Assembly: GCF_004010195.1 (NCBI RefSeq) | Contig: NC_057720.1 | Location: 8,271,883-8,320,035 of the forward strand | Direction of reading: 5' to 3' | DNA from: Chiloscyllium plagiosum | Taxonomy: Eukaryota | Length of the DNA stretch: 48,153 nt | Shown: one piece after another, positions 11,432 to 24,829 of the stretch | Layout: each line of letters begins with the position of its first letter | Numbering within the stretch: position 1 is the stretch's first letter | The notes under the pieces: model-generated | What the model saw: the letters and a program-made list of their open reading frames with translations, nothing else | What the model was told of the DNA's origin: nothing | Databases searched by the model: none | Program-made: the position numbers and the translations under genes

Positions 11432-11745
11432 TAGAATCACAGAATCCATACAGTATGGAAACAGGCCATTTGGCCCAACAAGTCCACACTGACCCTCCAA
11501 ACAGCATCACATCCAGACACATTTCTCTACCGTGTTACTTTAAATTTTGACTAATGCAAAATAGCATGGCCAATTCACCTAATCTGCACATCTTTGGACT
11601 GTGGAAGGAAACCAGAGCACCCAGAGAAAACCCATGCAGACATAGAGAGAAAGTGCAAACTCCATGCAGTCAGTCGCCTGAGGGTGGAATTGATCCTGGT
11701 CCCTGGCACTGTGAGACAGCAGTGCTTACCACAGAGCCACCACGT
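11432..11745 (-). mobile_element. HE1-type V-SINE, near full length
   Basis: Tail AGAATCACAGAATC, V-domain CATGGCCAATTCACCTAATCTGCACATCTTTGGACTGTGG, tRNA-like head. Confidence 0.9.
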
Positions 11746-11794
11746 GGCCCTAATTGGGTTGTGAGTCTTTGGAACTCCTTGCCAGAGACAATTG

Positions 11795-11902
11795 CGGGGA
11801 CTATGCAAACTTCACACAGACAGTAACCTGAGGCTGGAACCAAAGCTGGGTCTCTGGCTCTGTGAGGCATCAGTGCTAACCACTGAGCCACCGTGCCACC
11901 CC
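11795..11902 (-). mobile_element. HE1-type SINE head fragment
   Basis: Minus strand GGGGTGGCACGGTGGCTCAGTGGTTAGCACTGATGCCTCACAG. Confidence 0.85.
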
Positions 11903-12239
11903 CCACACAGCAGCGTGCTTTGTTTGCACATTGTATGCCATCTTATCCTTTTCTCATTTACATAGAGGCACAGTTTTTTCCCTTCTACTCTATCCAGCCC
12001 ACTTATGATTTTGAAAATGTCTGCCAAATCATCAAACAATCTTCTTCACCTTCCATAAGAACTGTCCCAACTTCTTCAATCTAACCTTATTCTTGGAAAT
12101 CACTTCTGCATTTCTTCAAAATGTTCCACACATTTCCACAAATATTTCCAACATGAGTGTGCAGTATCTGATTTGTTCTATTCGGGAAGCCGGATGGTGA
12201 GGGATAATATTAGAGCCATACTTGATCAAATGCTTTTCT

Positions 12240-12950
12240 CCTTCATGCATTCACAGGACCTGGGTTGGCTATCATTGTCCATCCATAATTACCCAGAGGG
12301 AAGTTAAAAGTCAACCACATTGCTGTGGGTCTGGAGTCACATGTAGGCCAGACCAGCTATAGATGGCAGATTTCCTTCCCTAAAGGGCATTAGTGAACCT
12401 GATGGGCTTTCCCTGAGTTGATAAAGTGTGGCGCTGAAAAAGCATAGCAGGTCAAGCAGCATCAGAGGAACAGGAGAGTTGATGTTTCGGGCAGGGCTGG
12501 GGGGGAGGAAGGAGGATAAGAAATAAATAAAGGACGGGTGGGTGCTGGGGGGAATGGTAGGTGGGATGGTGATAGGTAGTTGTAGGTAGGAGGTGATTGT
12601 GATTGGTCAGTGGGAAGAGTGGAGCAAATAGGTGGGAAGAAAGATGGATAGGAAGGACTGGTTAAGGGAGTGGGACGGAGAGGGAGGGCTGGACCTGGGC
12701 TGAGGAGATTTGGAAGCTGGTGAATTCTATGTTGAGGCCATAATGTTGTAAGCTCCCAAGGCTGAAAATGAGCTGTTTTCCTTCACAATCAACAAGGGAT
12801 TCATGTCCATCACTGTCTCTTAATTCCGGATTTTTATTGAATTCAAATCCCACCAGCTGCTGTGCTAGGATTTAAACCCAAGTGCCCAGAACATTATTTG
12901 GGTCTCTGGATTAACAGTCAGGTGATAATACCAATAAGCGGTCGTCTTCC
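12240..12950 (-). mobile_element. SINE B, split by a PLE fragment
   Basis: Core AGTCAACCACATTGCTGTGGGTCTGGAGTCACATGTAGGCCAGACC; sequence resumes ACAATCAACAAGG near 12786. Confidence 0.85.
12415..12785 (-). mobile_element. Penelope-like element 3' fragment (GIY-YIG C-terminus and pyrimidine-rich 3' UTR)
   Basis: EGKQLIFSLGSLQHYGLNIEFTSF matches EEERLIFRLRTLQPQGINVD at ~29920-29980; terminus GCCCGAAACATC..GATGCTGC. Confidence 0.8.
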
Positions 12951-13049
12951 CCGAGTTATACATTTCATGTTAAGAAAGCGTATGCCTCCAGCCGATCTCC
13001 ACAAAGTTCCATTAAGTGCCTTTTCCATGTGCAACACTAGAGCCTGATA

Positions 13050-13470
13050 CTTTAGTGCAGTACTGACCAAGACCTGCATCACCAGAGATGACGTTTTTCA
13101 GGTGAGATGCAAAATCAAGTTTGCCCTTTCAGATGAGTCTAAAAAAAACTCATTTCACTTTTCAACGATGAGCAGCAAAATTGTCCCTAGCATCCTGACC
13201 AATATTTATCCCTCAACCAATACCTTAAAATCAAACGATTTTGGTCAATAACTTACTGTGGGAGCTTGCTGTATACAAATTGATTGCCATATTTCTGACA
13301 GCAACATAGTGTTAAAAGGAACTATTCACGCTATAAGGTGTAGGAGCTGAAGTAGGTCATTCAATCCATTGAATCTGCACAGCCATTCAGTCAGATCATA
13401 GCTGATTGATTGGCTGTGAAGTACTTTGGGACATCTTACGGCCATGATAAGAACTATTTAAGTCTAACGT
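13050..13470 (+). mobile_element. SacSINE1/DeuSINE-like SINE with a small CR1-tail insertion (~13330-13408)
   Basis: Deu-domain motifs TCCTGACCAATATTTATCCCTCAACCAA, TGTGGGAGCTTGCTGTATACAAATTG, ATTGGCTGTGAAGTACTTTGGGAC. Confidence 0.7.
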
Positions 13471-13539
13471 CTTAGTCTTTGGGGCAGGTACTGATGTCAG
13501 TTCCATTTCTTCCCCAATCACGCTAATTCCATGATTGAG

Positions 13540-13670
13540 GTGAACAGATTGGGGGTAAATATAGGGTAGAGGAATGGGTCTGGGTGGGTTACTGTTCAGG
13601 GGTCAGTGTGGACTTATTGGGCCAAAGGGCCTGTTTCCATACTGCAGGGTACCTAATCTAACCTAATCTA
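13540..13670 (+). mobile_element. HE1-type SINE 3' part, (TAATC)-type tail
   Basis: GAATGGGTCTGGGTGGG..GGGCCTGTTTCCATACTG..CTAATCTAACCTAATCTAA. Confidence 0.8.
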
Positions 13671-13908
13671 ATAAGAAATATGAACAGGAGTAGGCCATTC
13701 AGCCCCTCAAGTCTCCTGCCAATCATGGCCAATCCAACATTCTTCACATCCACTTCCTGTCCTTGCCCTGTATCCCTTGATTCCCTGACTGATCAAGAAT
13801 CCATCTATATCAGCCTTAAATATACACAAGGACTCTGCCCCCACAGCTCTCTTTGGCAAGGAGTTCCAAAGACTCACAACCCTCTGAGGGAAGAAATTCC
13901 TCCTCATC

Positions 13909-14280
13909 ACAGAGTGTTGGAAGCTGAGGGGTAACCTGATAGAAGGATACAAAATTATGAGAGGTGTAGATAGGGTGGAAATTTGGAGGGTCTTTCCCAG
14001 CATGGAAATAGCAAATACTAGAGGCACAGATTTAATGGGAAAGTTTAAAGAAGGTCTACGAAGAAAGTCTTTTTACACATTTCGGTATCTGAAATGTGCT
14101 GCCTGGGGAGTTGTAGAAGCAGATATGATTGTAACATTTAAGAGCTACACAGACAGGCAGGGGATAGAGGAATATTGGCCATGTGCAGGCAGATGGGATT
14201 AGTTTCAAATAGCATCCTGGTTGGCACAGATTTGGTGAGTCCAAGGGTCTGTTCCTGTGTTGTACAGTTCCGTGCTCTAA
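13909..14280 (+). mobile_element. CR1-type LINE 3' fragment (nested)
   Basis: GAAGCTGAGGGGTAACCTGATAGAAGGATACAAAATTATGAGAGG..3' UTR GGGTCTGTTCCTGTGTTGTAC. Confidence 0.85.
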
Positions 14281-14304
14281 ACTAGCACCCCTTAATCCTC
14301 AGGA

Positions 14305-14880
14305 ATGTAGGTTTAAGGTAAAAGGGAGTAAGGGTGTTTTATTTTTTACACAGAGGGTGGTAAGTGCCTGGAATGCATGCTCAAGCAGGAACTGGAGAGA
14401 GATTGCATAGAATCCCCACAGGGTGGCAACAGGCCATTCATCCCACAAGTCCACACCGACCCTCCGAAGAGCATCCCACCTTATCCCTCAGCCTTGCACC
14501 TCCCATGGCTAATCCAACTAGCCTATACATCCCTGGACAAATCCACCTAACCTGCACATCTTTAGATTGTGGGAGGAAACCCAAATACTCAGAGGAAACC
14601 CATACAGACACGGGGACAATGTGCAAACTCCCCACGGACAGTCACCTGAGGTTGAAATTGTATCCAGGTCCCTGGTGCTGTGAAGCAGCGGTGCTAACCA
14701 TTGAGTCACTATGCCACCCGCCAACATTTAAGAGATATTTTGACAGACATATGGTAAGGCAGAGAATAGAGAGATACAGACAGCATAGAGGCAAAAGGTT
14801 TTTAGTTTAGAAAGGCATCATGTGTCGGTTTGGTCTTAGTGGGTTGAAGGGCCTGATCCTGTGCTGAACTGTTCTTTGTC
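14305..14880 (+). mobile_element. CR1-type LINE 3' fragment (nested), itself interrupted by HE1
   Basis: TTTTACACAGAGGGTGGTAAGTGCCTGGAATGC..[HE1]..AACATTTAAGAGATATTTTGACAG..GTTCTTTG. Confidence 0.75.
14405..14720 (-). mobile_element. HE1-type V-SINE
   Basis: CACCTAACCTGCACATCTTTAGATTGTGGGAGGAAAC..GTGCTAACCATTGAG. Confidence 0.9.
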
Positions 14881-15564
14881 CTTTATTCTGAGACTGCACC
14901 CTCCAGTCCCAGACTCTCTCAAGTCAGAAACATCCTCTCAGTTCTTAACCTGTCAAGCCTCTCAAGAATCATATATGTGTCGACGAGATCCCCATTCTTT
15001 CTTGTAAATTCCAATGAGTAGAGTCCAAACTTGTTTAACCATCGTTCATAAGATAATCCCTCCATACTGGGCATCATTCATGGTTTTATCCAGCTGGTCA
15101 CTGAAAAGTAGTGAACGATTGTAAATCACAGACACTGAGGAAAGATCCTGTCAAGAGACAAGCAAGGATATACTGTTCAGCAAAGTGTGCAAGAATGTAA
15201 ATGCTATTCATGTCTGGCCTACAGAGAGATGAAGTAGCAGAATAGTATGTATTACTGGTATAATAAATCTACCTAATATTGAGATTGACCAGAAGGCTGT
15301 GGAAACATTGAAGTAATTCATACATTTTGCAATCTAATTATTCAGTGAGCAACAAAATGCAGGAAAAAATATGTACATATAGTCACAAAAAAACCAACCA
15401 GTCCCAAAGACTTACATACAAACCATTCTCCTAATACCCTCTGTCACTCCTTCTGATGAATGCAAAATCTCTGCAACTACCTCTTGAATTTGACTTCACT
15501 GCCTACTGTCTCCATAGAAACTGACTGAATCATTCCAAGAGTAGTTAGATGTTGTAAAAGAGAA

Positions 15565-16900
15565 TGTTAAAACAGGAGTGGGTCATTTAGCACCTCAGAG
15601 TGTTCCACCATTCAGTTAGATCATGACTGATCTACAAACCAGCTATACTTCCCCACGTCTGATCCGTATTGCTTATTATCTTTAACTAACAAAAATCTGT
15701 AAAGCTCTTTTGTTAGTTGTGGTGGGGAGGGGGGTAGTGGATGGGTTCCAATTTTCCATTTCTCCTGTGAAAATATTCACCCCAACTGTACTTCTAAATG
15801 ACTCAGTATTAATGTGAAAATGACATTCTCTTGTTCTGGATTCCCATGCCAGAACAGATAGTTCCAGCATATTTCTCCTGTCAAATATCTTAACCATTTC
15901 AAATATCACTCATAGAATTGTTACACTGCACAAGGAGGCCATTCGGTCCATCACACTTGCACTAGCTGTTCAAACAAGCATCTTCACCTCGTGCATTTTC
16001 CCCATTCGTTTGGACATTATTTCTACCAAAATAATCTTCCAATGTTCTCTTGAATATCTCAAGTGAGCCTGCCTCCACTGCTTTTACAGGCAGTGTACTC
16101 CAAACCTTAACCACACACTGAGTAAAACAAAAACACATCACCCTCACTTCTTCTCCCATTCTTGTTCCTTGTACGAGTTGGAACAGCTTCTCCCCATCCC
16201 TGGGACCATTCTTGGAAATCAATTCTGTACTCTCTCCAATGCATTCACAGCCTACCCTTAATGTGACACCCACAATTGTAGAAAGTGAGGACTGCGATGC
16301 TGGAGATCAGAGTTGGGAGTGTGGTGCTGGAAAAGCACAGCCAGTCAGGCAGCATCTGGGTGCAGGAGAATCAGCGTTTCGGGCATAAGCCCTTCACAAT
16401 ACTTCAGCTGAAATCTCTTCTTCAGATTCAACCACTCATCTTTCCTCTTATTCCTGTTAATAAAGCCAAAGCCACTATATGCTGTATTAACTGTTCTCTC
16501 CACTTGTCCTGCCACCTTGAATAATTTATGCATATGTACCAAGGTCCCTCTGATCCTTTACCACCTTTAGCATTGTACTCCTTGTTTCATGTCATCTTTG
16601 GTGTTCTTCCGACCTAAATGCTTTGCCTCATACTTCTCTACATTGAAGCAACTGCCACCTATCTACCCACTCTACCAACTTGCCAATGTCCTTTTGGAGT
16701 TCCACACTGTTTTCCTCACAGATGCAAATCTTCCAAGTTTTGTGTCATCTGCAAGTGTTGAAGCTTTCCCTGCACACGAAGCTGTAGATGTTAAAATACG
16801 TCAGATAAAACATGGTTCCCTGGGGAACTCCACTATAAATCTTCCTTCAGCCAGAAAAAAATTAATTGACCGTTACTCTCTATTTCCTATCACTCAGACA
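15565..16900 (-). mobile_element. Cluster of old CR1-type fragments
   Basis: FTQCVVKVWSTLP..FKRTLEDY; KVAGQVERTVNTAY; RT remnant GTCATCTGCAAG (ADD). Confidence 0.7.
16279..16396 (-). mobile_element. PLE terminus fragment with partial hammerhead
   Basis: Minus strand TGAAGGGCTTATGCCCGAAACGCTGATTCTCCTGC..CTTTTCCAGCACCAC. Confidence 0.8.
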
Positions 16901-19900
16901 ATTTCCATGCGATATCTTGATTACTCGTTCTGCCATTTCCTAACTTTAAGAGAGTATATACCAAGGTTATATAACTCGTCATTCATGGTGAGAGGGGGAT
17001 GCACCGTTCCCAAGGTCAGTCTATCTTTCCTGAGATGACTGTCCAAATAGATTCTGACCAAAAAAATCTATACGGTGGAATCATCAATTTCTTCCCTCTG
17101 TCATCCCATCTCATTGTAATAAAGGCTAAGATTCCAATAACCTTTTTGCAGAAATTACATTTTGTGCCTGTGCATTCACTTTTATTGAATTGTTTGTATA
17201 GACATCTTAATCTTGCATATCTCCTATTCTCTCACCATGAAGGAAACACTGTGATTTGTCTTTCTTGGATCCAAAGCAGATGATCAAACTCTTCCAAACA
17301 TTAAGGTTCCTCACTCTTGGTTTTATTTACTCATTTGCTTAGTCAACGCTCTGTAGGAACTGGAATTTTCTCTGGAGAGTTTGGTGTCGGTGGGGTGTGA
17401 GGTTTAGAGTAGTTTGAATGGTGATCCTCATCTTTCATTAGAGCTCGGATGGATCTATTGGGAGACAATCCATTTTGGCAAGCTTAACATGTGTCAGGAA
17501 AAGCATCCTGACCATCTGAAAGAAAACCGACAATCAGTCCCATCGTGTGAAATGATTTGCTCTCCACTTTTGTAATTATTTTAATCAACTTGCTTAAATA
17601 CATTATGATACATATCTGAAGTAGGTGCAACTTGATCCTGGATCTTTTCGCTGAAGATAGGGGCATTACCAGAGCCCCTCACAGCTTTTGCATCTCATAG
17701 CCTATCATATTTCTTCATTCAATGGCTGTTCAGTGCTTTGAGACATTTTGAGATATGAAAGGCACAATGTCTCTTTAAGCTTTTAAAATTATTTTCTCAA
17801 TAAAATATAAGTTGTCTTACCCACACATATTTAAAGATTCTATCTGAACATATTTGTTGGAAACATTATGACATCTTTCAAATACTATCTCAGTATAGGC
17901 ATTGACAAAATTGTCTTTTGAACTTTAGAGATGGCTAGACTGTTTGAGTGAAATACAGACCGGTGCCAATGCCACATGTTCACTGTCTGTACCAGCTATA
18001 GTAATTCAGGGATGCCTTGCCTTCTCACCTGGCCAGGAGGTACTTCTCAAACAATGTAACCAATTATGTCTCTCTATTGGAGGGAGATGCTCATGGTCCT
18101 TTGTGGACTATGGGTAATTGCTGTGACTGACAAACGTATCAACTTTGTTAGATAAAGTTAATCTGAAATGTCAGTCAGGATTATGATTGCAATTGCTGAC
18201 TTTTCATTAACTCTTATTGAACCAATGTTGACTAGCATTAATCACTTTCACAGGTATTGCATATTTTTCAGTGAAATTTTGACGCACTTACTCCAAAAAC
18301 ATGCACACAAACATAGATTTTAACTTAGCATGCTTTGATATATGTATATACTTGAGAAAGATATATATGACTTTATTTATAATCTTGCTTTATAATGCAA
18401 ATTAATTGGTGTATTGGTTTCCAATTGTTTTGACCATTGGAGAAGCTGTAATCAATTACTAAGTCCTGACAAAATGCATGAGAAACCAGTCAACAAAGGT
18501 TACCAGCATTGACTATTCACTAAATCCAATGTGTTTCTTATTGTGGAGCAAGTGTGTAAAACATTTCCTGGTATCCAACATTTCTACCTCTTTATCTCTC
18601 CAATCAATGTGCTGTAATGAATTCTCCAAAAGGATTAATGGTCATTGATGGCATTTATAAGGTAACCCATTTGATTAGCTTCTCACAATTCGAAACATCC
18701 AGATACAATAATAACAGAATGCTACAATTAACAAGACAGATGGAAGTCTCTCATCCCACTGTGTATGTGCCGGCTCTCTGACATAATGATCTACTTAGTC
18801 CTATATCTACACCCTTTCCATATCCCCATTTCAAATATTCATTCACTCCGCTATTGAAGACAATCAGACGAGCACTACCAGTTCTAACAAGACATTTCAT
18901 GTTCTAAAACACTTTTCCCTTAAAAGATGATTCCCAGAGGTGGACACAGGCTGTAACTATGGGCCCATTTAGTGGCTTGTGAGTTGAGCATGGTGTCTCC
19001 ACTTTTGGTTTGTATAACTATATTAGGATTCTATACAGATTTATTTTACAACACTTATCAACTTGTTCTCCCACAAGGTTGTGTGTTTTGGAATGCCAGC
19101 TTCTCAGATCCTCCACGTTATCCTAGATGGTATCATCTCAAATTTCTGCTCAACACATTAAACTGACTGTTCTCTTAACCATGTTTGACCATGTAAGTTT
19201 AATGTTGCATTTGAGCTCTGTTTTGTGTTCAACATCTTATAAAGCCAATAGTCCCAAGACTGACCCCTAGAGGTCATCACTGTTTACTACTTTCCAAGAT
19301 GAAAAAAAGTTCCGTCAACTGTGACTGTTTGCAGTTCTTTAAATAACTTGTATCCATGCTGTCACTCTCTGATGAATACCATGTGCTTTAATTTTATCAA
19401 CAAACCTCCTAAGTAGTAAGCTGTTCAACATCTTTTGAAAATCAATGCATGAGCCATTTCCTTTAATCCTCTGTTGTTCCCTCCATTAATTTTGTCATAT
19501 GTAACCTGTTTAGGTTGAGAGCTAATTAAATAACTTGCTGTTCTTAATTAACCCATTTCTTTATGACTATTAGTGTTACCTTATATTATTGTCCCAATAA
19601 GTTTGATCACTGCTGATGTTAAACTGACTGGGTTAGAACTATTTGCCTTCGCAGAATTATTCCAGCACAGAAGGAGGCCATTCAGCCCATCAAGCCTTTG
19701 CCCGTTCAATCACCCAGTGCCAATCTCCTGCCGTTTCTTCACTACTCTGCACATCACGTCAATCTGAATAATCAACTAATGACCTCTTGAATGTTTCAAC
19801 TGAACTAGACTCCGCTACATTTCCTACTCGAACAACCTGCAATGTGAAAATATTTTCTCATATCTCCCTTCAAAATACAGTTCATTCCCTACCTCACCAA

Positions 19901-20004
19901 AATGAGATTAGGTAAATCTTGACAAAGTTTCCTGACATGAAATTCTCTCGATGCGCCAGGTCTGCCCTTTCATAAAAAACAGTAGCTTTGGTGAGCAGAT
20001 GGTA

Positions 20005-20265
20005 AACATTTAAAAGGGACCTAAGGGGCAACTTTTCACACAGAGGGTGGTGCATGTATGGAATGAGCTGCTGGAGGAAATGGTGGAGGCTGGTACAATT
20101 ACCATATTTAAAATACATCTGGATGGGTATATGAACAGAAAGTGTTCGAAGGGATATGGACAAAGTGCTGGCAAATGGGACTAGATTAGGTTAGGATATC
20201 TGGTCAGCATGGACAAGCTGAACCGAAGGGTCTGTTTCTGTGCTGTACATCTCTCTGACTCTATA
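20005..20265 (+). mobile_element. CR1/HER1-type LINE 3' end
   Basis: GGGACCTAAGGGGCAACTTTTCACACAGAGGGTGGTGC..CTCTCTGACTCTAT. Confidence 0.9.
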
Positions 20266-21054
20266 ATGCCAAGGTGGCTGCCTCCTGTAACTGACTAACT
20301 ATAATACCTGGAAATAATTTAACCTTTCGAATTATTTAATATGAGGCGGGAGGCAATGAAATGAAACGGAGCCCCAGAATTGATACTTTGAAGAACTAAT
20401 TAAGAATTTGGATAATTTCACTCACTCCCGGTGACTATTAAGAGCTAGAATGAACTCAAGATGGATTGTGATGCAGCTTCTTGGTTAATGTACCGTTGCC
20501 CGAATAATATGGCCAGAGCGCTTGCCTCTTTGTCATTCTCGTTACATAGGTCATTAAGACTGAGTTCTTGTTGAGCCAGATGTCTTGAAGTTATTATTAA
20601 CATTGCTATAATATTCGAACTTCCACCTGCAAGAACGTTGACAACATTGGGAGGTTACACCATCGGGAGAGGATGTTTCTCCTTCAATTTCAGATGGAGC
20701 TTTCTTCTTCCAAAGGATTGGTAATTCTTGGAATTTTCTTTGACGGAGGCCAAAATATAGGTCCTTAAATATATCCCAGATTGCATTAGACAGCTTTTCT
20801 ATTCTCAGGAGAGTTGATGGTTTGGGTAACTGGTCAGAAAGTGGAGTTGAGGTTACTTTTTTTTATTCATCAGTGGGACATTGCTGGCTGGAACAGCCTT
20901 TATTGCTTGCCCCTAAGTGCCATTGCTTACTGGTGCAATTGCAGATTACACACACATAAATGACTGACCGAACAGAGTACACTGACTCCTCTAAAGTCAG
21001 GGAGTGACTGAAGCTGGGGCAGGTACCTTTATACTGGATCATTAAATGTCATAT

Positions 21055-22250
21055 AATCAGAGAATTTTACAGTACGGGAGGAGGCCATTTGATCCATTGT
21101 GTCTGTACTGACTCCCAAAAAAGCTACCAGCTAGTCCCATTCTCTAGCCCTATCTCTACAGCCCTCTAAATTCCTCACTTTCAAATATGTAGCCAGCTCT
21201 CTTTTGAAACCTCCAATGGAATCCACCTCCCACCCAGGCAGCACATTCCAAATCCTAACAACTCTCTGAGTAAAGAAGTTTCGCCTCACCTCACCCCTCT
21301 TGCTGACACCCTTGAAATTGTGACCCCTAGTTACTGACATACCAACCACTGGAAACAGAAGGATGTTTTTTAGCCTGTCAAAATTGTTCATAATTTTGAA
21401 CACCCCACTTGGACCACCTCTTAATTTTCTCTGCTCCGAGGAGAATAAGCCAATTTCTCTCATCTTTCCTTGCTGATAAAAATCCCTCATTCTTGATATT
21501 ATTTTAATAAATCTCCTTTGCACTCTCGCCATGGCTTTAGCATCCTTCTTTAAATAAGGTGCTGAGGACTGAACACAATACTCCAAATGTGGTTTGATAT
21601 TTATAGAAGTGTAGCATCACTTCCTTGCCTTTATACAGTGTGCCTCTATTTATAAATGCAAGGATCCTATAAGCCTTCTTAACAGCTGTTTCAACTTGTC
21701 TGGCCACCTTCAGAAAATCATGCATGTGAACCCTGAGGTCCCTCTGCTCCTGTACTCCTCTCAGCGTTGTACCATTGACACCCATATTATCTTTCCATGT
21801 TTCTTCAACTGAAAAGCATCACTTCACATTTCTCTGCGTTGAATTGACATCTGCCAGGTGTCTGCTCATTTGACTAACTTGTCAAATCCCTCTGAAGTCA
21901 CTCAGCATCATCCTCACAGTTCACTGTTCTCCCTAGCTTGGTATCGTCTGTAAATTTAGAGATTTTGCCCTCAACACCTATTTCCAAATTGTTTATATGA
22001 ATGAGAAAATGGGTCCCAATTCCTATCCACTTTCAACTTGCTTTCAACTGAGAAATGCTGATCGATACCCATCTATCTGTTTCCTATCTTTTAGCCAACT
22101 TCTAATCCAAGAATCCACCAATCCAAACCATTTTTAATTTGCTCACCAACCTGCCAGGAGGCCCTGTAAATGCTTTTTAAAAATCCAAAAATATAACATA
22201 AAGCACTGCCCTCATCCGCCGCCTGTGTTGTCTCATCCAAAATTACTACG
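21055..22250 (-). mobile_element. CR1-type LINE ~1.2 kb 3' fragment
   Basis: ORFs 21131-21586 (EYCVQ..RVQRRFIKII..RRNFFTQRVVRIWN) and 21537-21785; RT remnant GTATCGTCTGTAAA (FTDDT). Confidence 0.88.
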
Positions 22251-23669
22251 TTACCCAGTGTATTCCCATGCTGAAATGCAACCCTGAAAACTGGTATTAT
22301 TTCAGCAAGACGTTTACCTGAAGTGGATTGAAACAAATTGGCTCAAATAATAATTTGTATTTAAAAATTATCTTGACTAGACTAGACTTTCTGCGAGTCC
22401 TTTTGTATGCATTAGGTGATCATTAAAGGTACATTTTTAAGGTTTAGCATTTGTGAATGCTTTCTTCTAGACATTCCACGTATAATTTGTTAATTAAAAC
22501 TGCACTGTGGTTTATATACATTTAGGGAGCCATTAACATTTGATGTGAGCAATGAATGATATTCTTAAATGCAACCAACTGTGATTAATATATTTTATTA
22601 CATAGCTAGATTAAAAATAAATGAAAAAAAAAATAAATTAAGCTGCAAATTATATGTGCCATTTTCCTTTCTTGTCTGTCTACAGGGAATGCATATTTAG
22701 AAATTCAGCACCAGAGGATTTATGAACAACTATCTTGTATTTATGATAATACAGCTCAGAACAGGCCCTTCGGCCCTCGATGATCTTCTACTTTCAACCT
22801 CAAGCAAAAAATCTTCTCCAAATATCCTCCATCAACCACTTATATAAGTTCAAAGACCTCCATCAGGCCACCTCTCTGTCTTCTCTTCTCCAATGAAAAC
22901 ATCCACAGCCCATTACATCTTTCCTGAGGTAATTAGATCAGGAGAAATGGGAGCAAGTACATGGGCTCACTGGCTCATTGAGCCTGTTCTTCCATTCAAT
23001 TAGATCAGAGTTGATTGAATGATCCATTAGTGATCTCCCTCCCTAAAGACATTGTGGGTGTGGCTACACCAAAGAGATTACAGAGATTCAAGAAGGTAGC
23101 TCAATACCATCTTTTCAAGGACAACTAGGGGCCGAATACTGGCCAAGCCAACGATGTTCATGACTCACTAGCAAAAAACAAAATGTGTGACTTAACTTCA
23201 CTTTCTTACCCATGGGCCAGAACTGTCGACTCCCTGATTAATTGAAAAACTCTCCAATGCAACCTTGAATAGATTCAATGACCCAGTCTGTACCACTCTC
23301 TTTTGAAGAAAAAAAATTCAAATACTAATGATCTTTTGGGAGAAGAAATTCCTCCTCAACTCCATTTGAAATTGGAGAAGGGAGTGTCTCCCAATAGTGT
23401 AATTTCTCAATTCTGTTAATTTTCTTATAATTGTTTGCATAGTTCCATAACTTTCCTTTACATATTTACTATATCAAGATCAGGACTATTTATGATGAGC
23501 CTATGTGGCTTAACCAATGTTCTAAATTGGTTAAGCATAACCCCTCCAGAAATGAACTGCAAAGCTTGCTGACTGTTTTTATGTTCCTGAATTCACCTGC
23601 GTTGTTACTCTTAGTGGTCTTAGGGCAACCAGAGCGCTTTGGTCCTCTAGATATTTGCTTTTCAAGGAA

Positions 23670-24012
23670 TATGGAATCCCTACAATGTGGAAGCAGGCCA
23701 TTCAGCCTACTGAGTCCACAACACTCCTCTGAAGAGCATCCCACCCAAACCCATTCCATCCCTGTAACCTGACATTTCCTGTGGCATATACTCCTAATTT
23801 ACACATCCCTGGACAGTTTGGGGCAACTTAGCATGGCCAACCCAACTTGCATGGACATTTTTGGACTATGAGAGGAAACTGGAGCACCCGGAAGAAACCC
23901 GCACGGGACATGGGGAGAATGTATAATTCCTCACAGACAGTCACTTGAGGGTGGAATCATGGCCGGGTCACTGACACTGTGAGGCAGCAGTGCTAACCAC
24001 TGACCCTCCATG
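23670..24012 (-). mobile_element. HE1-type V-SINE
   Basis: GAGGAAACTGGAGCACCCGGAAGAAACCC..GTGAGGCAGCAGTGCTAACCACTGA. Confidence 0.9.
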
Positions 24013-24829
24013 TAGACTACTGATAGGAACACTGACGTAGAAGTTTGCTATTCAATTCCTTGAACCTGCACTACCATTCTAAATCATAGTTGATTGTCTA
24101 CCTCAACACTATTTTCCCACAGGATCCCAATATTTAATGATAATGCAAGTATTTAGAAATCTGTTGATCCTTGTCTTGAACATGCTCAATCGTTGAGTCT
24201 CAACAATCCTCAATGGTATTACAATTACAAAGGTTCACCACATTCTGGTAAACAAATCACCTCTCTTCTCAGTTTTAAATGGCCTTCCTCTTATTCTGAA
24301 TCTATGTTGCCCAGTTCAAAAACCTGAAACATTCTTTCTGCATCATTCCCTGTCCATCCCTGTACAAATTTTGAAAGTTTCAATTGGACCATGTGCCGTT
24401 TTTCAAACTTCTAGAGAATTCAGACCCCTTTTCCTTAATCACCGCCTCCAAAACATCTCTGTTATCAATAGAGAAATTAATTTGCTAATTAAAATCTCAT
24501 TCTGCAAGTTTATTAATGTCTGCCTTAATTTAGTTAGAGTCCTTCTGTATATTAACTACACCTGTGACCTGTACACATTGTGAAATTGTGTTTCCAATCG
24601 ATTTTCCAAATGTTGCATTGATCATGTTGAACACCACTTCATTCCTTTTACTGATCTGAGTAAATATCTTTAAGTCCTCCTGTCCTATTTATGTTTCATA
24701 GGCTTTTGCTATATGGTTTACTGTCTATTCTTCGACTTGTTCTCTGTCTCCAAAGGATGCAACCTCAATTAATAGTCTATCGTGTAGTACCTTCTCAAAG
24801 ACACTTCATAAATCCATTCTGCCTTTGGT

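Larger units (their letters stand above)
13672..15075 (-). mobile_element. CR1-type LINE split into three pieces (13672-13908, ~14285-14300, ~14881-15075) by nested insertions
   Basis: Minus frame RRNFFPQRVVSLWNSLP; colinear continuation GCACCCC.. then CTTTATTCTGAGACTGCACCCTCCAGTCCCAGACTC. Confidence 0.75.

Noticed and set aside
12485..12700. G-rich purine tract as an independent regulatory element
   Set aside because: It is the antisense of the pyrimidine-rich PLE 3' UTR.
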